Numbered from the stretch's first letter, positions 9,531 to 19,504 are shown. The stretch: 32,000 nucleotides of DNA from Vibrio vulnificus CMCP6 (GCF_000039765.1 NC_004460.2:540001-572000), one strand, 5' to 3'. Numbers and translations are program-made. The notes: a model not told the origin generated them from the letters alone.

Positions 9531-9920
9531 ATGGAAACGTTTAAAATCAGCGAACTGGCAAAAGAGTTCGACATCACGACGCGCAGTATCCGTTTCTATG
9601 AAGACGTTGGCTTGTTGCAACCAGAGCGCAAAGGCAACACCCGAATCTATCAGCGCCGTGATAAAACGCGGCTGAAATTGATTTTGCGAGGGAAAAGGCT
9701 CGGCTTTTCATTAGCGGAAATACGTGAACTGTTCGAGCTGTATGATCTGCGCCAAAGCGAAACTCAATTGGTCAAAATGCTCAATATCATTGATGAGAAA
9801 CAAGCGATTTTGCAGCGTCAGCTCGACGATATTAGCGTGGTCATGAGCGAGCTCGATGCAGCCAAACAGCGCTGCCAACACGCACTGCATGAACTTGCCA
9901 GCCGATCAAAACGGGCTTAA
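9531..9920 (+). CDS. liuR: MerR-family transcriptional regulator of branched-chain amino acid catabolism
   Basis: 129 aa. N-terminal MerR HTH (FKISELAKEFDITTRSIRFYEDVGLL) and C-terminal coiled-coil region. Sits immediately upstream of ivd. Confidence 0.85.
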   Translation: METFKISELAKEFDITTRSIRFYEDVGLLQPERKGNTRIYQRRDKTRLKLILRGKRLGFSLAEIRELFELYDLRQSETQLVKMLNIIDEKQAILQRQLDDISVVMSELDAAKQRCQHALHELASRSKRA

Positions 9921-9985
9921 CCAGTGAGATAAATCCACCCTCGGGATAGGTAGTGAAACACCCGCATGGCTGCTCAGGAGGCGCT

Positions 9986-11155
9986 ATGAAAGATAGGTTT
10001 CAACCCCTCAATTTCGGACTTGGCGACACCATCGTTCTGCTCAGAGAACAGGTCAATGCTTTTGCTAACGAACATATCGCGCCACTGGCGGCAGACATCG
10101 ATCGTGCCAACCATTTCCCCGATCATTTGTGGACTAAGCTGGGTGAAATGGGATTGCACGGCGTCACCATCAGTGAAGAATATGGCGGCGCAGATATGGG
10201 GTATCTCGCGCACGTCGTTGCAATGGAAGAGATCAGTCGCGCCTCCGCCTCCGTGGCACTGAGCTATGGTGCCCACTCCAACCTGTGCATTAACCAAATC
10301 TACCGTAACGGCAACGCGCAGCAAAAAGCCCATTACTTGCCTGCATTGATTTCTGGCGAGCACATTGGCGCACTCGCCATGAGCGAGGCCAACTCCGGCT
10401 CTGACGTGGTGAGCATGCAGTTGAAAGCAAAAGAGAAAGGCGATCACTTCGTGCTCAACGGCAGCAAAATGTGGATCACCAACGGCCCCGATGCACATAC
10501 ATTGGTGGTGTACGCCAAAACCAATCCCAAAGCGGAGGCTCATGGTATTACCGCGTTTATTGTTGAACGTGCATTCCCCGGTTTTCACTCGGCTCAGAAG
10601 CTCGACAAATTGGGCATGCGCGGCTCAAACACCAGCGAATTGGTGTTCGAAGATTGCCTTGTGCCCAAAGAGAACGTGTTGGGTGAAATCAACCACGGCG
10701 TGCGGGTGTTAATGAGTGGTTTGGACTACGAACGCGTAGTGTTGGCCGGAGGACCTCTCGGCATTATGCGCAGCTGTTTGGATGCGGTGATTCCGTATAT
10801 TCACGATCGTAAGCAGTTTGGCCAGCCTATTGGCGAGTTCCAATTAGTGCAAGGCAAATTGGCGGACATGTATACCCAAATGAACGCGGCGCGCAGTTAC
10901 GTCTATACCGTCGCGGCAGCGTGCGATCGCGGAGAAGTGACGCGCAAAGACGCTGCTGGCGTGATCCTTTACAGCGCCGAATTGGCTACTCGAATGGCGC
11001 TTGACGCCATTCAACTGCTCGGCGGCAATGGCTACGTCAACGAGTTCCCCACTGGCCGCCTGCTTCGTGACGCCAAGCTGTACGAAATTGGCGCTGGAAC
11101 TTCGGAAATCCGCCGCATGCTCATCGGCAGAGAGCTGTTTAACGAATCTCGCTAA
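9986..11155 (+). CDS. ivd: Isovaleryl-CoA dehydrogenase
   Basis: ACAD family with [13 protein letters not shown] and [22 protein letters not shown] 9986 is preceded by AGGAGG. The ORF-track GTG at 9953 adds 11 non-conserved codons. Confidence 0.9.
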   Translation: MKDRFQPLNFGLGDTIVLLREQVNAFANEHIAPLAADIDRANHFPDHLWTKLGEMGLHGVTISEEYGGADMGYLAHVVAMEEISRASASVALSYGAHSNLCINQIYRNGNAQQKAHYLPALISGEHIGALAMSEANSGSDVVSMQLKAKEKGDHFVLNGSKMWITNGPDAHTLVVYAKTNPKAEAHGITAFIVERAFPGFHSAQKLDKLGMRGSNTSELVFEDCLVPKENVLGEINHGVRVLMSGLDYERVVLAGGPLGIMRSCLDAVIPYIHDRKQFGQPIGEFQLVQGKLADMYTQMNAARSYVYTVAAACDRGEVTRKDAAGVILYSAELATRMALDAIQLLGGNGYVNEFPTGRLLRDAKLYEIGAGTSEIRRMLIGRELFNESR

Positions 11156-11193
11156 TTTCAGCGAGGCGAAGCAATGCCCGCTAAGGAAGGAAC

Positions 11194-12798
11194 ATGGCAG
11201 TTTTACCGACAAAAGCACGCAAAGAAGATGCCCTCTATCAATCAAACTACCAAACCTTGGCAGAATTGGTGCGCAAGCTGAGTGCTAACTTAAACTTGGT
11301 GCATCAAGGCGGGGGGGTAAAAGCGCAGCAGCGCCAGCGAGAGAAAGGCAAGTTACCCGTTCGTGAGCGGATCGCCAAGCTGCTTGACGAGAACACCTCA
11401 CTACTTGAAATCGGCCAATTTGCCGCGTGGAATGTCTACGACGAACCCATCGCCTGTGCGGGGGTCGTGGCGGGCATTGGTCAGATTCAGGGCATCGAAT
11501 GCATGGTGATCGCCAACGATCCATCGGTCAAAGGCGGCACCTATTTCCCACTCACGGTAAAAAAACACCTCCGAGCGCAAGAGATCGCGATGAAATGTCA
11601 GCTGCCTTGCGTCTATCTGGTGGATTCCGGCGGTGCGAATCTGCCTCACCAAGCGGAAGTCTTTCCCGATAAAGATCACTTTGGTCGAATTTTCTACAAT
11701 CAAGCTCGCATGTCGGCTGCTGGCATTCCTCAAATTGCCGTTGTCCTTGGCCCATGCACCGCTGGCGGCGCATACATCCCCGCAATGGCGGATGTATCCA
11801 TCATTGTTCGCCAACAAGGCACGATATTTTTAGGTGGCCCACCGCTGGTCAAAGCCGCAACAGGTGAGATTGTCAGCGAAGAAGAGCTGGGCGGCGCAGA
11901 CGTGCATTGCAAAAAATCAGGCGTGGCGGATTATTACGCACTGGATGAGCAACACGCCCTACAACTGGCTCGTCAAGCCATCGAGAGTTGCAACGCCCCC
12001 GCTCTACCATGCGCGCCCAAAGCCGTTCTTGAACCACGCTACCCTGCCGATGAGATCTACGGCGTCGTCAATGCTAACTTGCGGCTCTCTTTTGATGTTC
12101 GTGAAGTGATTGCCCGAATGGTCGACGACTCCGACTTTGACGAATTTAAAGCGATGTACGGCCCTTCATTAGTGTGTGGTTTTGCGCACTTACTGGGTTT
12201 CCCAATCGGGATTGTGGCCAACAACGGCATTCTTTTCTCTGAATCGGCGCAAAAAGGCGCACATTTCATCGAATTGTGCGCAAAACGCAAAATTCCACTA
12301 CTCTTTTTACAGAACATCACTGGCTTTATGGTGGGGAAAAAAGTCGAAGCAGAGGGCATTGCGAAGCACGGCGCCAAACTCGTGATGGCGGTGGCGTGTG
12401 CCGATGTGCCTAAGTTTACCGTGATCATCGGCGGCTCCTATGGTGCGGGCAATTACGGCATGTGTGGCAGGGCTTATGATCCCACTATGTTGTGGATGTG
12501 GCCCAATGCCCGTATTTCGGTCATGGGCGGTGAGCAAGCGGCAGGGGTGCTCACGCAAGTGCGTCGTGATGTAAAAGCACGCCAAGGGGAACACTGGCCA
12601 GAACAAGATGAACACGATTATCGACAATCGATTCTTGAACTCTACGAAAGCCAAGGTAATCCCTATTACGCCAGTGCGCGATTGTGGGATGACGGCATTA
12701 TCGATCCCGTAGAGACTCGCGCCATTGTTGGTCGCGCATTACGCGCTAGCTTGAATGCGCCGATCGGCGACAGTGAGTTTGGTATTTTCCGCATGTAA
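11194..12798 (+). CDS. liuB: Methylcrotonyl-CoA carboxylase, carboxyltransferase (beta) subunit
   Basis: 534 aa, the size and sequence character of a carboxyltransferase-domain protein. Position after ivd. Confidence 0.9.
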   Translation: MAVLPTKARKEDALYQSNYQTLAELVRKLSANLNLVHQGGGVKAQQRQREKGKLPVRERIAKLLDENTSLLEIGQFAAWNVYDEPIACAGVVAGIGQIQGIECMVIANDPSVKGGTYFPLTVKKHLRAQEIAMKCQLPCVYLVDSGGANLPHQAEVFPDKDHFGRIFYNQARMSAAGIPQIAVVLGPCTAGGAYIPAMADVSIIVRQQGTIFLGGPPLVKAATGEIVSEEELGGADVHCKKSGVADYYALDEQHALQLARQAIESCNAPALPCAPKAVLEPRYPADEIYGVVNANLRLSFDVREVIARMVDDSDFDEFKAMYGPSLVCGFAHLLGFPIGIVANNGILFSESAQKGAHFIELCAKRKIPLLFLQNITGFMVGKKVEAEGIAKHGAKLVMAVACADVPKFTVIIGGSYGAGNYGMCGRAYDPTMLWMWPNARISVMGGEQAAGVLTQVRRDVKARQGEHWPEQDEHDYRQSILELYESQGNPYYASARLWDDGIIDPVETRAIVGRALRASLNAPIGDSEFGIFRM

Positions 12799-12824
12799 AT
12801 AGTCACACGTTGGAGAGTTAACCT

Positions 12825-13634
12825 ATGGTTAAGCAGGCGTTATTAGCCAATATGGATCAGCAAGGGGTTGCCACGTTAACCCTTAATCGGCTTGAAAAGC
12901 ACAATGCCTTTGATGCCGAGCTGATCCGCGCATTGATTGAAGCGCTAGAAACCTTCGCTTCAAACGCACAACTGCGGGTTTTGATTCTCAACGCCAACGG
13001 GCCACACTTTTCGGCTGGGGCCGATCTCAACTGGATGCGTGCCATGGCAGAGCAAGACGAAGCCGCTAACCTTGAAGATGCAAAACGCTTGGCCAAGTTG
13101 ATGCAAACCCTCGACCACTTCCCTGCCCCCACCATCGCCAGCGTTCAAGGCGCGGCTTTTGGTGGTGCACTTGGGTTGATTTGTTGTTGCGATATCGCCA
13201 TTGCCACCGCGGAAAGCCGCTTCTGTTTGAGTGAAGTTAAATTAGGGTTGATTCCTGCCACCATTGGGCCGTATGTCTGCCGAAGTTTGGGGCAACGACA
13301 TGCTCGACGTTACATGCTCAGTGCCGAAACCTTTGATGCCAATACCGCACTGGAAATGGGATTGGTGCACATTGTGGTTAACGACGAGAAACAGTTGCCG
13401 CAAACCACACAGTCGATGGCCCAGCGCCTATTGCACAACAGTCCAAAAGCGATGCAACAAGTAAAACGGCTCTGCCAAGATTGCACATCCATGCCCATCG
13501 AATCGCCGTTGATCGACAAAACCAGTGCCATGATCGCCAATATTCGTTGCAGTGAAGAAGGCCAAGAAGGGCTCAATGCATTTTTTAGCAAAAGGTTACC
13601 CAGTTGGTGTCCGGCCAAAAGGGAGCTTGAATGA
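12825..13634 (+). CDS. liuC: Methylglutaconyl-CoA hydratase (crotonase family)
   Basis: 269 aa crotonase fold (HFSAGADLNWM, GAAFGGALGLICCCD). Position in the liu operon. Confidence 0.85.
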   Translation: MVKQALLANMDQQGVATLTLNRLEKHNAFDAELIRALIEALETFASNAQLRVLILNANGPHFSAGADLNWMRAMAEQDEAANLEDAKRLAKLMQTLDHFPAPTIASVQGAAFGGALGLICCCDIAIATAESRFCLSEVKLGLIPATIGPYVCRSLGQRHARRYMLSAETFDANTALEMGLVHIVVNDEKQLPQTTQSMAQRLLHNSPKAMQQVKRLCQDCTSMPIESPLIDKTSAMIANIRCSEEGQEGLNAFFSKRLPSWCPAKRELE

Positions 13635-14548
13635 GCCGCTTCTCTGCAGAGAACTTAACCCTGCCTGAACACGTCACGATTGTTGAGGTTGGCCCTCGTG
13701 ACGGCTTACAAAACGAGGGCGCCGTTTCCACCGATAGCAAGGTGGCGCTGATCAACGCCCTCTCCCAAACCGGATTAACACGCATCGAAGCGGGCGCGTT
13801 TGTTTCTGCTAAACGTGTGCCACAAATGGCAGATTCTCTTGCTGTGTTTGAACAAATTCACCGCAGTCTGGGAGTTCAATACAGTGCCCTCACGCCCAAC
13901 ATGCAGGGTTTTCAAGCCGCTGTTTCTGCCCAAGTGGATCACGTCGCCGTCTTCGCCTCTTGCAGTGAAGGGTTTAGCCAACACAATATTCATTGCTCCA
14001 TTGCCGAAAGCCTAGAGCGCTTTCAACCTGTAATCGCACAAGCCAAGCAGCTCAACATCCCCGTACGAGGTTACCTTTCTACCGTCATTGACTGCCCTTA
14101 CGATGGTGCAACCCCGCCCAGCCAAGTGGCTTCCATAGCTTCTGCGCTATATCAGTTAGGCTGCTTTGAGATTTCACTTGGCGATACCATTGGCACAGGC
14201 ACGCCACGCAAAGTCGCCACCATGCTCGATACAGTGATGAAACGAGTGCCATGTGAACACCTTGCCGTACATTTTCACGATACCTATGGCCAAGCCATTG
14301 CCAATATCTATCAATCGCTACTGATGGGCATCAATACGATAGACAGCAGTGTGGCTGGCCTAGGTGGATGCCCTTATGCTCCCGGGGCGTCGGGCAATGT
14401 CGCCAGTGAAGATGTGGTCTATTTATGTCAAGGATTAGCCATAGAAACTGGTGTCGATCTTGATTTACTCATCCAAACTGGTTGGCAAATCAGCCGTCAG
14501 CTCAACAAGCAACCGAACTCAAAAGTGTCATTCGCCAGAAAGCCTTAG
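13631..14548 (+). CDS. liuE: Hydroxymethylglutaryl-CoA lyase
   Basis: Contains VEVGPRDGLQNE, HFHDTYGQA and GLGGCPYAPGASGNV motifs. Its ATG overlaps the liuC stop in an ATGA junction (13631-13634). Confidence 0.9.
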   Translation: MSRFSAENLTLPEHVTIVEVGPRDGLQNEGAVSTDSKVALINALSQTGLTRIEAGAFVSAKRVPQMADSLAVFEQIHRSLGVQYSALTPNMQGFQAAVSAQVDHVAVFASCSEGFSQHNIHCSIAESLERFQPVIAQAKQLNIPVRGYLSTVIDCPYDGATPPSQVASIASALYQLGCFEISLGDTIGTGTPRKVATMLDTVMKRVPCEHLAVHFHDTYGQAIANIYQSLLMGINTIDSSVAGLGGCPYAPGASGNVASEDVVYLCQGLAIETGVDLDLLIQTGWQISRQLNKQPNSKVSFARKP

Positions 14549-14686
14549 CCCAGAAAGCCCTAAGCCAGCAGAGCAGAAGCGCTTTAGAGAATGGTTCCAC
14601 AACGCTACTACACCGACAGCACCTATCAAAACACTGCAATTAATAGGCAATACTTTTCAAATAACGCCTTTAGTCCCTCAGGTAAA

Positions 14687-14723
14687 ATAGAAAAAGCCTA
14701 TCAATAGAATAGCCACAAGCAAT
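14687..14723 (+). promoter_or_regulatory. OxyR binding site upstream of ahpC
   Basis: ATAG-aaaaagc-CTAT-caataga-ATAG-ccacaag-CAAT matches the OxyR consensus ATAG-N7-CTAT-N7-ATAG-N7-CTAT at 15 of 16 core positions. It is followed by an extended -10-like TGTGAATAT (14744-14752). Confidence 0.65.
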
Positions 14724-14806
14724 TTTCCTTTCGTGGGTCAGAATGTGAATATACCTCCCGAAGGCAAGCGATGCCAAACCTAACAAACTTAAAGGAAATC
14801 AAGAAT

Positions 14807-15364
14807 ATGATTAACACTACTATCAAACCATTTAGCGCAACAGCATACAAAGATGGCAAATTCGTTGACATCACTGAACAAGACGTATTGGGCAAATGGT
14901 CGGTATTTTTCTTCTACCCAGCGGACTTCACTTTCGTATGTCCGACTGAACTTGGTGACCTAGCAGACCACTACGAAGAGCTTCAATCTCGCGGTGTGGA
15001 AGTGTACTCAGTGTCAACTGACACGCATTTTACTCACAAAGCGTGGCACGACAGCTCTGACACTATCGGCAAAATCAAATACTTCATGGTGGGCGACCAA
15101 ACTGGCAACATCACCAACAACTTTGGTGTAATGCGCCCAGGCCAAGGTCTTGCAGACCGTGCTACTTTCGTTATCGACCCACAAGGTGTTATCCAAGCGG
15201 TTGAAATTACAGCAGAAGGTATCGGCCGTGACGCAGAAGACCTACTACGCAAAATCAAAGCAGCTCAGTACGTTGCTGCACACCCAGGCGAAGTATGTCC
15301 TGCTAAATGGAAAGAAGGCGAACAAACGCTAGCACCTTCACTAGACCTAGTTGGCAAAATCTAA
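14807..15364 (+). CDS. ahpC: Alkyl hydroperoxide reductase subunit C (2-Cys peroxiredoxin)
   Basis: Long blocks are identical to E. coli AhpC as I recall it ([21 protein letters not shown]; [26 protein letters not shown]). ATG 14807 (MINTTIKPF) aligns with the E. coli N-terminus. The ORF-track start is 14771. Confidence 0.95.
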   Translation: MINTTIKPFSATAYKDGKFVDITEQDVLGKWSVFFFYPADFTFVCPTELGDLADHYEELQSRGVEVYSVSTDTHFTHKAWHDSSDTIGKIKYFMVGDQTGNITNNFGVMRPGQGLADRATFVIDPQGVIQAVEITAEGIGRDAEDLLRKIKAAQYVAAHPGEVCPAKWKEGEQTLAPSLDLVGKI

Positions 15365-15500
15365 CCATTTGCGTTGATTACCCCTTAAGTTAAAGAGTGG
15401 GCCGGGCGTTTTACTTGACGACCTAAATGCTCGGTCCGCTCTCCCCTGATATCCAGAGTGACCGCTCTCCAATTTAAAAAAACTATAAAGGTATTCGAGT

Positions 15501-17069
15501 ATGCTAGACCAAGCGATCAAGCAACAGTTAACCCAGTATCTAACAAATCTAAAACAAGACGTCCGTTTAGTGGTCAGCCTAGATGACAGTAAAGGCTCAC
15601 AAGATATTCTTGCGCTCGCCAATGAAATCGCGGAACTAAGCCCGCTGATCACCGTTGTCCGTGATGATGCTGCGAGCACACGCAAGCCCGTTATGACGGT
15701 GACTAACCCAGAGAAAAGCACTGCGCTTCGCTTTGCAGGTTTGCCAATGGGTCATGAATTTACATCCTTGGTTCTTGCCCTGCTTCATTCAGGTGGTCAC
15801 CCGATCAAACTGGATGCAGAAACCATCGAACAGATTGCACAACTAGACAAAGAACTCGATGTGGAAGTCTTTATTTCCCTTTCATGTCAAAACTGTCCGG
15901 ATGTGGTGCAAGCGTTCAACATGATGGCGGCGATTAACCCAAAAATTCGCGCAACCATGATTGATGGTGCCCTGTTCCAAGATGAAGTGAAGCAGCGTGA
16001 CATCCTCGCGGTACCGAGCGTCTTTGTAAACGGTGAGCTGTTTGGTCAAGGCCGCATGTCATTGACAGAAATTCTTAACAAATTGGACGATGGCGCAGCA
16101 GAAAAAGCGGCGGCAAGCCTTAATGACAAAGATCCGTATGACGTTCTCGTTGTCGGTGGTGGCCCTGCAGGTGCAGCCGCTGCGATTTACGCAGCGCGTA
16201 AAGGCATTCGCACCGGTATTGTTGCTCAACGTTTGGGTGGTCAGGTGATGGACACCATGGCGATTGAAAACTTTATTTCAGTCAAACACACGGAAGGTCC
16301 AAAACTGGCGGCTAACCTTGGTGAGCACTTGAAAGAGTACGGTGTTGATATCATCACAGAGCAGCAAGCTGAAAAGCTGATGGGCGCGCAATACACGGAA
16401 GATGGCAAAATTCACGTCAATCTACAAAGTGGTGCAACGCTTAAAAGTAACAGCGTTATCCTCAGCCCAGGTGCTCGTTGGCGTGAAATGAACGTCCCTG
16501 GTGAACAAGAATATCGCAATAAAGGCGTGGCTTACTGCCCACACTGTGATGGCCCTTTGTTCAAAGGCAAGAAAACCGCTGTTATTGGTGGTGGTAACTC
16601 CGGCATCGAAGCGGCCATTGACCTTGCAGGTATCGTAGAACATGTGACGGTTCTAGAGTTTGCTGACACATTGCGCGCAGACCAAGTTCTGATCAACAAA
16701 GCGAACTCTCTGCCTAACGTCGATATCATCACCATGGCTCAAACCACCGAAGTGGTTGGTGATGGTAAACGTGTGACTGGCTTGAAATACAAAGATCGCA
16801 ACACTGATGAGATCAAGCAGTTAGATCTTGCTGGTATCTTTGTTCAAATTGGTCTTGTGCCGAATACCGAGTGGCTAAAAGATTCAGACGTTGAGCTTTC
16901 TGCTCGCGGCGAAATCGAGATCGGTAGCCGTGGTGAAACCAGCCTAGAAGGTGTATTTGCCGCTGGTGACGCGACAACCGTGCCTTACAAGCAAATCATC
17001 ATCGCAATGGGCGAAGGTGCAAAAGCGAGCTTGGGAGCGTTTGATTACTTGATTCGTAAGCAAGGCTAA
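15501..17069 (+). CDS. ahpF: Alkyl hydroperoxide reductase subunit F
   Basis: 522 aa. Has the N-terminal redox CQNC, the FAD site [19 protein letters not shown] and the CPHCDGP disulfide centre. Collinear with E. coli AhpF. Confidence 0.95.
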   Translation: MLDQAIKQQLTQYLTNLKQDVRLVVSLDDSKGSQDILALANEIAELSPLITVVRDDAASTRKPVMTVTNPEKSTALRFAGLPMGHEFTSLVLALLHSGGHPIKLDAETIEQIAQLDKELDVEVFISLSCQNCPDVVQAFNMMAAINPKIRATMIDGALFQDEVKQRDILAVPSVFVNGELFGQGRMSLTEILNKLDDGAAEKAAASLNDKDPYDVLVVGGGPAGAAAAIYAARKGIRTGIVAQRLGGQVMDTMAIENFISVKHTEGPKLAANLGEHLKEYGVDIITEQQAEKLMGAQYTEDGKIHVNLQSGATLKSNSVILSPGARWREMNVPGEQEYRNKGVAYCPHCDGPLFKGKKTAVIGGGNSGIEAAIDLAGIVEHVTVLEFADTLRADQVLINKANSLPNVDIITMAQTTEVVGDGKRVTGLKYKDRNTDEIKQLDLAGIFVQIGLVPNTEWLKDSDVELSARGEIEIGSRGETSLEGVFAAGDATTVPYKQIIIAMGEGAKASLGAFDYLIRKQG

Positions 17070-17097
17070 ACCAACCAGCAAAGGCATGTCACAAAGG

Positions 17098-17130
17098 AGA
17101 GAGGTTTAAAAGCACCTCTCTTTTTATTTT
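17098..17130 (+). terminator. Rho-independent terminator after ahpF
   Basis: Stem AGAGAGGT (17098-17105) / ACCTCTCT (17114-17121), 8-nt loop, followed by TTTTTATTTT. Confidence 0.75.
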
Positions 17131-17372
17131 TAACCATGCTAAAAAATAATTTGCTTAAAAACAAAATAAAGCTATCTAATAAATAAAAAGTGTGTATAGT
17201 AATCATCAGCTCTTACCAAATGAGCTATTCATGATAGATTTAGTTCAAGTTTAATCTCAGTTATCTTTCGATACCCTTCGTTTAGCCTCTGCGACAGCTT
17301 TTCCTTAATACCCATAATAGCTTTTGTTATCAGCAATTAATTAATCGAAAAATTTAATACTTAGAGGTATCT

Positions 17373-17585
17373 ATGTCTAATAAAGTAACTGGTTCAGTAA
17401 AATGGTTTAACGAAACGAAAGGTTTCGGTTTTATTTCTCAAGACAACGGTGGTAACGATGTGTTTGTTCACTTCAACTCTATCGTTTCAACAGGTTTTAA
17501 AACTTTGGCAGAAGGCCAACGCGTAACATTTGAAGTTGAGCAAGGCAAAAAAGGCCCACAAGCTGCAAACGTAACTGCGCTATAA
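17373..17585 (+). CDS. Cold-shock protein, CspA family
   Basis: 70 aa with RNP1 KGFGFI and RNP2 VFVHF. GAGG lies upstream of the ATG. Preceded by about 240 bp of AT-rich leader or promoter sequence. Confidence 0.9.
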   Translation: MSNKVTGSVKWFNETKGFGFISQDNGGNDVFVHFNSIVSTGFKTLAEGQRVTFEVEQGKKGPQAANVTAL

Positions 17586-17590
17586 TTTTA

Positions 17591-17617
17591 ATGGCGTGGT
17601 CACCACGGCCACGCCAT
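17591..17617 (+). terminator. Hairpin after csp (possible terminator, no U-tract)
   Basis: 9-bp stem ATGGCGTGG / CCACGCCAT with a 9-nt loop, 6 nt after the stop codon. No T-run follows. Confidence 0.4.
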
Positions 17618-17790
17618 CTCCTGCTCTGCCCCATCGTTTAATCCATTTAAAATCAATCACCTTCATTCAATACCTCTGATCTGTTTGTCGACAGTTTTAA
17701 AGACTTTTTTGTTGCCAACAGAACAGGAGTAGACACATCTGTGTCATATTGGTTTTGTATATTCATTCAATCAAATTTATCGGAGGACTT

Positions 17791-17889
17791 ATGTCTCGTA
17801 GAACCACTCGCCAACGTCATTGGTATCAACTATTACGTGAAAAACACATAAAGGAAGAAAATTTAAAGCATGTTCAAAATAAACTTTAA
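17791..17889 (+). CDS. Hypothetical 32-aa basic peptide (MSRRTTRQRHWYQLLREKHIKEENLKHVQNKL)
   Basis: ATG is preceded by GGAGGA (17782-17787). Too short for the ORF track. Its 3' end overlaps the next ORF by 20 nt. No homology recognised. Confidence 0.25.
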   Translation: MSRRTTRQRHWYQLLREKHIKEENLKHVQNKL

Positions 17890-18079
17890 TATTTATAAAG
17901 ATAATTTAAATTGGTCTGCAGAAATACATCAACTTAACAGTGATATATTAACGCGCCATGTTGTACTCAAAACTCAGCTCGGCCTTTTTGATTTAAACTT
18001 TGATTTTTGTGAAAAATCGAACCAAGGCAGTATTTTTTCACTCAGTGGAAATAAAATAGGTGCATTCTCGGTCTTTTAG
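17870..18079 (+). CDS. Hypothetical 69-aa protein
   Basis: ORF in an AT-rich segment. AAGGAAG lies about 12 nt upstream. No family recognised. Confidence 0.3.
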   Translation: MFKINFNIYKDNLNWSAEIHQLNSDILTRHVVLKTQLGLFDLNFDFCEKSNQGSIFSLSGNKIGAFSVF

Positions 18080-18131
18080 GTGTATTCCATAAATAGATAA
18101 CATCAAAGAAAAACACTGAAAGAGAGCGAAA

Positions 18132-18272
18132 ATGGATAAGAAGAAAGAGAAAGCAAGTAAGAAAGAAACATTGGACGTCGATGAGAAAAAACCACTCACA
18201 CAGCACCAAACGCGAAAGCGAATCGAAGATATTTTGGAACAGAAAGAATTCGAGAAACAGTATGCGCTTTAA
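18132..18272 (+). CDS. Hypothetical 46-aa highly charged (Lys/Glu-rich) protein
   Basis: MDKKKEKASKKETLDVDEKKPLTQHQTRKRIEDILEQKEFEKQYAL. The TRKRIEDILEQK segment resembles a motif I associate with a family of small charged gammaproteobacterial proteins (unverified recollection). Below the ORF-track size cutoff. Confidence 0.4.
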   Translation: MDKKKEKASKKETLDVDEKKPLTQHQTRKRIEDILEQKEFEKQYAL

Positions 18273-18277
18273 GTGTT

Positions 18278-18325
18278 CCAGTTACCAACCATGCTCTACC
18301 ATGCGCAACTCTGATTGGTAACTGG
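18278..18325. repeat. 11-bp perfect inverted repeat between convergent genes
   Basis: CCAGTTACCAA (18278-18288) and TTGGTAACTGG (18315-18325), separated by a 26-nt spacer. Located between the 18132..18272 ORF and the antiporter stop. Confidence 0.6.
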
Positions 18326-18366
18326 ATTGTTCGACTTGCTCTCGCGGTTAATCTACCGTTGAAATC

Positions 18367-19335
18367 CTATAGCGCACCGTAAACCAAGTAACCGTTATAA
18401 ACCACATAGCAACCTAATAGCACAGCACCTTCCGTTCGGGTGATGGTCTGTTTTTTACCAAAGCGCACTGCGGTCACTAGCAAAAGCAACGTAACAAACA
18501 GCATGGTTGACCAATCTCGCCAAAACACTTCTAAACCAATATTTTCGATCGGCTCAATACTGGCTGCGATGCCCACTACCGCCAATGAGTTAAACATGTT
18601 TGAGCCAACAACGTTACCCACGGCGATATCGTGTTCACCCTTTCTTGCAGCCACAATCGATGCAGCGAGTTCAGGCAACGACGTTCCCAATGCCACAATG
18701 GTTAAGCCGATCAACAAATCGCTGATACCCAATTGCTGAGCAATGTTCACAGCGCCCCACACCAGCATTCTTGAACTGACGATCAGCAGAACTAAACCGG
18801 CGATCAACCAGAAAATCGCCATCCCTTTGGAAAGCTGTGGTACATCCAGTTCTTGTTCAAATTCCGTCGCTAGAGCGTCTTTTTTCGCTCTCATGGCACT
18901 CCAGATAGACCAACCGATCACGGCGAAGAAGCCCGCTAGCAGCACTAAAGCTTCCATCAAGCTAATGGTTTGATTCCACAGCATGCCCCCTAGCAATAGG
19001 GTAATGAGCAACAACAACGGAATCTCTTTGCGAATGATGTTGGAATGAACCACAATCGGTGCGATCAGCGCAGTGGTACCAAGAATCAAGCTGATATTGA
19101 CGATGTTAGAACCCAACGCGTTACCCAACGCTAATGCCGGATTACCATCCAATGCCGCCATCGCCGAAACCACCATTTCTGGCGCTGAAGTACCAAAACC
19201 AACCACCAGCATACCAATCAATAATGCGGGCATGCCAGCATACTTAGCGCTCGCAGCGGCCCCTTCGACAAACTTATCTGCACTCCAAACCAGAAGCGCA
19301 AAACCCAATACAATTGCAACACTTGCCAATAACAT
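18367..19335 (-). CDS. CaCA-family cation antiporter (YrbG-like Na+/Ca2+ exchanger fold)
   Basis: 322 aa polytopic membrane protein with the two alpha-repeat signatures GFGTSAPE and LGTSLPE. Confidence 0.85.
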   Translation of the reverse strand: MLLASVAIVLGFALLVWSADKFVEGAAASAKYAGMPALLIGMLVVGFGTSAPEMVVSAMAALDGNPALALGNALGSNIVNISLILGTTALIAPIVVHSNIIRKEIPLLLLITLLLGGMLWNQTISLMEALVLLAGFFAVIGWSIWSAMRAKKDALATEFEQELDVPQLSKGMAIFWLIAGLVLLIVSSRMLVWGAVNIAQQLGISDLLIGLTIVALGTSLPELAASIVAARKGEHDIAVGNVVGSNMFNSLAVVGIAASIEPIENIGLEVFWRDWSTMLFVTLLLLVTAVRFGKKQTITRTEGAVLLGCYVVYNGYLVYGAL

Positions 19336-19504
19336 GTTTGTATCCTGAAAAGATAAATCACACAGGCGAGTAAACGGTTCGAGAAAGAAGACTTAAGCGT
19401 GTCATCGAGGGGAAAGAGAAAAGGCATCAAGCGAGTTTCTGCATCTGAACGACCCAATGACAAGCCAACACTTTCGTGTGTTTACTCGCATTACGGGTAG
19501 GCTT

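Noticed and set aside
9974-10588. 204-aa minus-strand ORF inside ivd
   Set aside because: It lies entirely antisense to a well-supported isovaleryl-CoA dehydrogenase gene. It has no start context, and its His/Gly/Cys-rich composition is typical of shadow ORFs opposite GC3-rich genes.
14534-14566. Imperfect 15/16-bp tandem (CAGAAAGCCTTAGCC / CAGAAAGCCCTAAGCC) spanning the HMG-CoA lyase stop codon
   Set aside because: It is short and imperfect and has no obvious structural or regulatory consequence. It is probably a slippage footprint, so I did not report it as a feature.
14701-14895. 64-aa minus-strand ORF across the ahpC promoter and 5' end
   Set aside because: It overlaps the OxyR site, the promoter and the start of the strongly supported ahpC gene, and has no independent support.
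15365-15500. Structured ahpC-ahpF intergenic region (GGGCCGGGC ... GCTCGGTCC pairing with G-U pairs; CCGCTCTCC direct repeat)
   Set aside because: It is plausibly a partial attenuator between ahpC and ahpF. The stems are weak or have long loops, and I cannot distinguish them from chance.
17100-18366. AT-rich segment considered as a defence or mobile island
   Set aside because: No ORF exceeds 70 aa, and there are no nuclease, ATPase or recombinase signatures and no flanking repeats. I keep it only as a small-ORF curiosity in the findings.
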